A stretch of DNA of 64,000 bases, taken from assembly GCA_043228905.1 (NCBI GenBank), contig JBHGNT010000022.1, positions 6,324,001 to 6,388,000 of the forward strand, written 5' to 3'. Below the pieces are notes generated by a model that ran no database searches, had not been told where the DNA came from, and saw only the letters and a list, made by a program, of their open reading frames with translations. Source of the stretch: Azolla caroliniana (Eukaryota > Plantae > Polypodiophyta). Both the position numbers and the translations under genes were made by a program. This document shows positions 61,636 to 64,000 of the stretch, one piece after another; position 1 is the stretch's first letter; every line of letters starts with the position of its first letter.

Positions 61636-63855
61636 AAGCTTTTATGTTATAACCGTTGTTTGGCGAAGGTAGAGCTCGAGGTCGTTGCCTCTCATGTCTC
61701 ACATTGTTGTACCTCTCTTGTATAGTGATCCTGTTCGGAGTTCCGAGGACTCCCGTCGTTTTTCCTCTTGAGGTTTTCCACGTTAATACTCTATGTTGTC
61801 TTATTTTCTATTTTCTATTTTCTTCCATTGAGTGAGTGAAACTCGGTTGTGGCCGAGCACTATTCCGCACAATCTGGTATTAGAGCATGAATGATCCATT
61901 CGGCGGCATGTTCAAGCTCACCGTCTCAAACTACCCAGTGTGGAAGTCGAAGATGAGGAACATGTTGGTGGTTAAAGATTTCTGGCTGCCGGTACAATTT
62001 GGAGTCAAAAGACCGGACAAGATCGATGTCGCGATTTGGGAGGTGATCCACATGAAGATGATGACATACATTCGATGCTTCATTGACATGAGCCTGTACA
62101 ACAACTTTAATGAAGAGAGTAAGGCTCATGTGCTCTAGGAGAAAATTGGTACCATGCTAGAGAGTAAAAACGTTGTGAATCAGGTCTCAGTATTTCGGAA
62201 GCTAGTGAGACTCTGATATCAATATGGATCCAGTATAACAGAGCACATGAATGCCTTCCAGGGGCTAATAAACCAAACAACCTCATTGGAAGTACCTGTA
62301 GCTGATAAGGTACTCGCGCTACTGCTACTCGATTCCCTCCTAGATAGTTGGGAGATGCTAGTTGTCACTTTGGGCAACACCAGGACGGAAGGGAAACACC
62401 TATACCTAACGAGGATGAAATCAAGCCTGCTCGATGAAGAAGCTCGCCGGAAAGACCGAGAGTCTGGAACCGATCCGAAGGCCTTGGCCTTGGTTACGGA
62501 AGACAACCATAACCGAGGAAGAGGCCGGAATCAGAGTCCCCAAAACCGGGAAAAGTCGGGGATGAGGTCGAAGTCAAGGGGAGGCACACCTGCTTCTATT
62601 GTGGGAAGCCGGGGCACTTCCAAAAGAATTGCTGACACTTCTGAAAGGAGAAAGGAACCGACAATGCCGACTCAAAGAAGGGTTCGGACTGAACAAGTTC
62701 AGATTAGAAAGGAACGTCGGCAATCGCGACAAGTGAAGAAGAATTGTTGCTTATCACCGAGGAGAGCGAGAGCGAGCCACACCTTGTCAGTGACGAAACG
62801 ACGTGGGTGGTCGACTCCACAACGTCGTTCCATTTGACCCCGGACCGGAAATGCTTCTCATCGTACAGAGCCGGAGATCACGGTTGTGTCTGGATGGGAA
62901 ATGAAGGTGCATGCCGAATTGTCGGCATAGGAGACGTGTTGCTGACAACATCAATCGGGTGCAAGTTGTTGTTGAAGGATGTCCGACATGTTTCGGAGGT
63001 TCAGTTGAACCTGATATCAGCCGGTCAGTCGGTTGATGAAGGCTACACAGGTAGCATCCCGGAACGATGTCATGAAGTTCAGCAAAGGAAGCCTAATCAT
63101 GAACCGAGCCTGGAAAATCAACACTCTATACCTGATGCATGCTTGGATATGCCGGGAAGAAGTGAATGTGGCATCCGACAATGTCGGTGAGCTGTGACAC
63201 AACCTCTTGTGCCACAAGCCAAAAAGGGATGCGTAAACTTGCCGGGGGTAACCTCATTCCAGAGGTGAAAGACGTGCAGCTTGAGAGTGTGCACTGATTG
63301 CTTGCCCGACAAGCAAAACCGAACCTCTTTCCGGTCGAGACCACCGACGAGACGGAATGCACTGATGGAACTTGTGCATACTGATGTATGCCAAGTGGAC
63401 ACAAAGTCAAATGCCGGATCGCAGTACTTCGTGACATTCATAAAAGAACATAACCGGAAGTTGTGGGTCTCACCACTAAAGATGAAGGACCAAGTATTAT
63501 CTGTCTTCAAGGAATTCCACGTCAGGGTGGAAAGGGAAACCGGCCGGAAGCTCAAGGCAATTCGAGCAGACAACCGGGGGGGAATATCGGGGGTAGTTCG
63601 AGTAGTAGTGCCAGTTGATGGGAATCCGACTCAAATTCACTGTGCCAAAGACATCGGAGCTGAACAGATTGGCCTCAAGGATGAACCAGACTGTGGTGGA
63701 GAGAGTCTGAAGCATGTTGGCACATGCTAAGTTGTCCAAGACTTTCTGGGCTGAGGCGCTGATGACGGCGACTTACGTGATAAATCGATCACCCTCACCA
63801 CCCTTGGACGGAGACACACCATAGAGAGTATGGACTGGTAAGGAAGTGTCTTTCT
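61325..63855 (+). mobile_element. Tork-like Copia, same family as 4079-7249: LTR 61325-61871, PBS 61875-61886, gag-PR-INT; truncated
   Basis: MSLYNNFNEE, NAFQGLINQTTSL, TWVVDS, ELVHTDVC and VWTGKEVS match the element at 4079-7249. Confidence 0.9.
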
Positions 63856-64000
63856 TCACGAGGGAAAACTCTTCTTCATCTACCTTCTCTCACAAGTCGT
63901 GATACCTCCTTTTTATATGCTTGGTCTGAGAGTGATATGTAGTGTTCTTTGCAAGATGTATGGCACTTTGATTATCACAGTGGAGCAAGATTTCTTCTTG
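63856..64000 (-). mobile_element. Copia RNase H fragment
   Basis: Minus strand reads LLHCDNQSAIHLAKNTTYHSQTKHI. Confidence 0.8.

Overview
This is plant nuclear DNA. The TE families hint at a non-flowering plant such as a fern, but I cannot verify the species. Two intact, intron-containing host genes lie on the minus strand. One is a P-class PPR gene (3 exons, about 677 aa, 11035-13880) and the other is chorismate synthase (13 exons, 442 aa, 53734-56994). Most of the rest is nested, decayed retrotransposons: several Tnt1/Tork-like Copia pieces, a second Copia family (5 pieces), Gypsy elements and LTRs, two solo LTRs with target-site duplications (TSDs), and a decayed L1-type LINE. The most interesting observations are: (1) a young, nearly intact 5.1-kb Copia with non-canonical TA...CA LTR ends and a single nonsense codon; (2) a Copia family with two polypurine tracts (PPTs) flanking an in-frame charged C-terminal Pol extension; (3) two diverged Copia bodies sharing one central LTR; (4) a PPR array whose code reads out as YYAUGAAUAU; (5) a tRNA-like relic inside an LTR-like sequence; (6) a Gypsy-like LTR with no canonical primer-binding site (PBS) but an adjacent 14-bp palindrome. 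I found no CRISPR array, rRNA or prokaryotic system. Lineage names are inferences from motifs, not database results.
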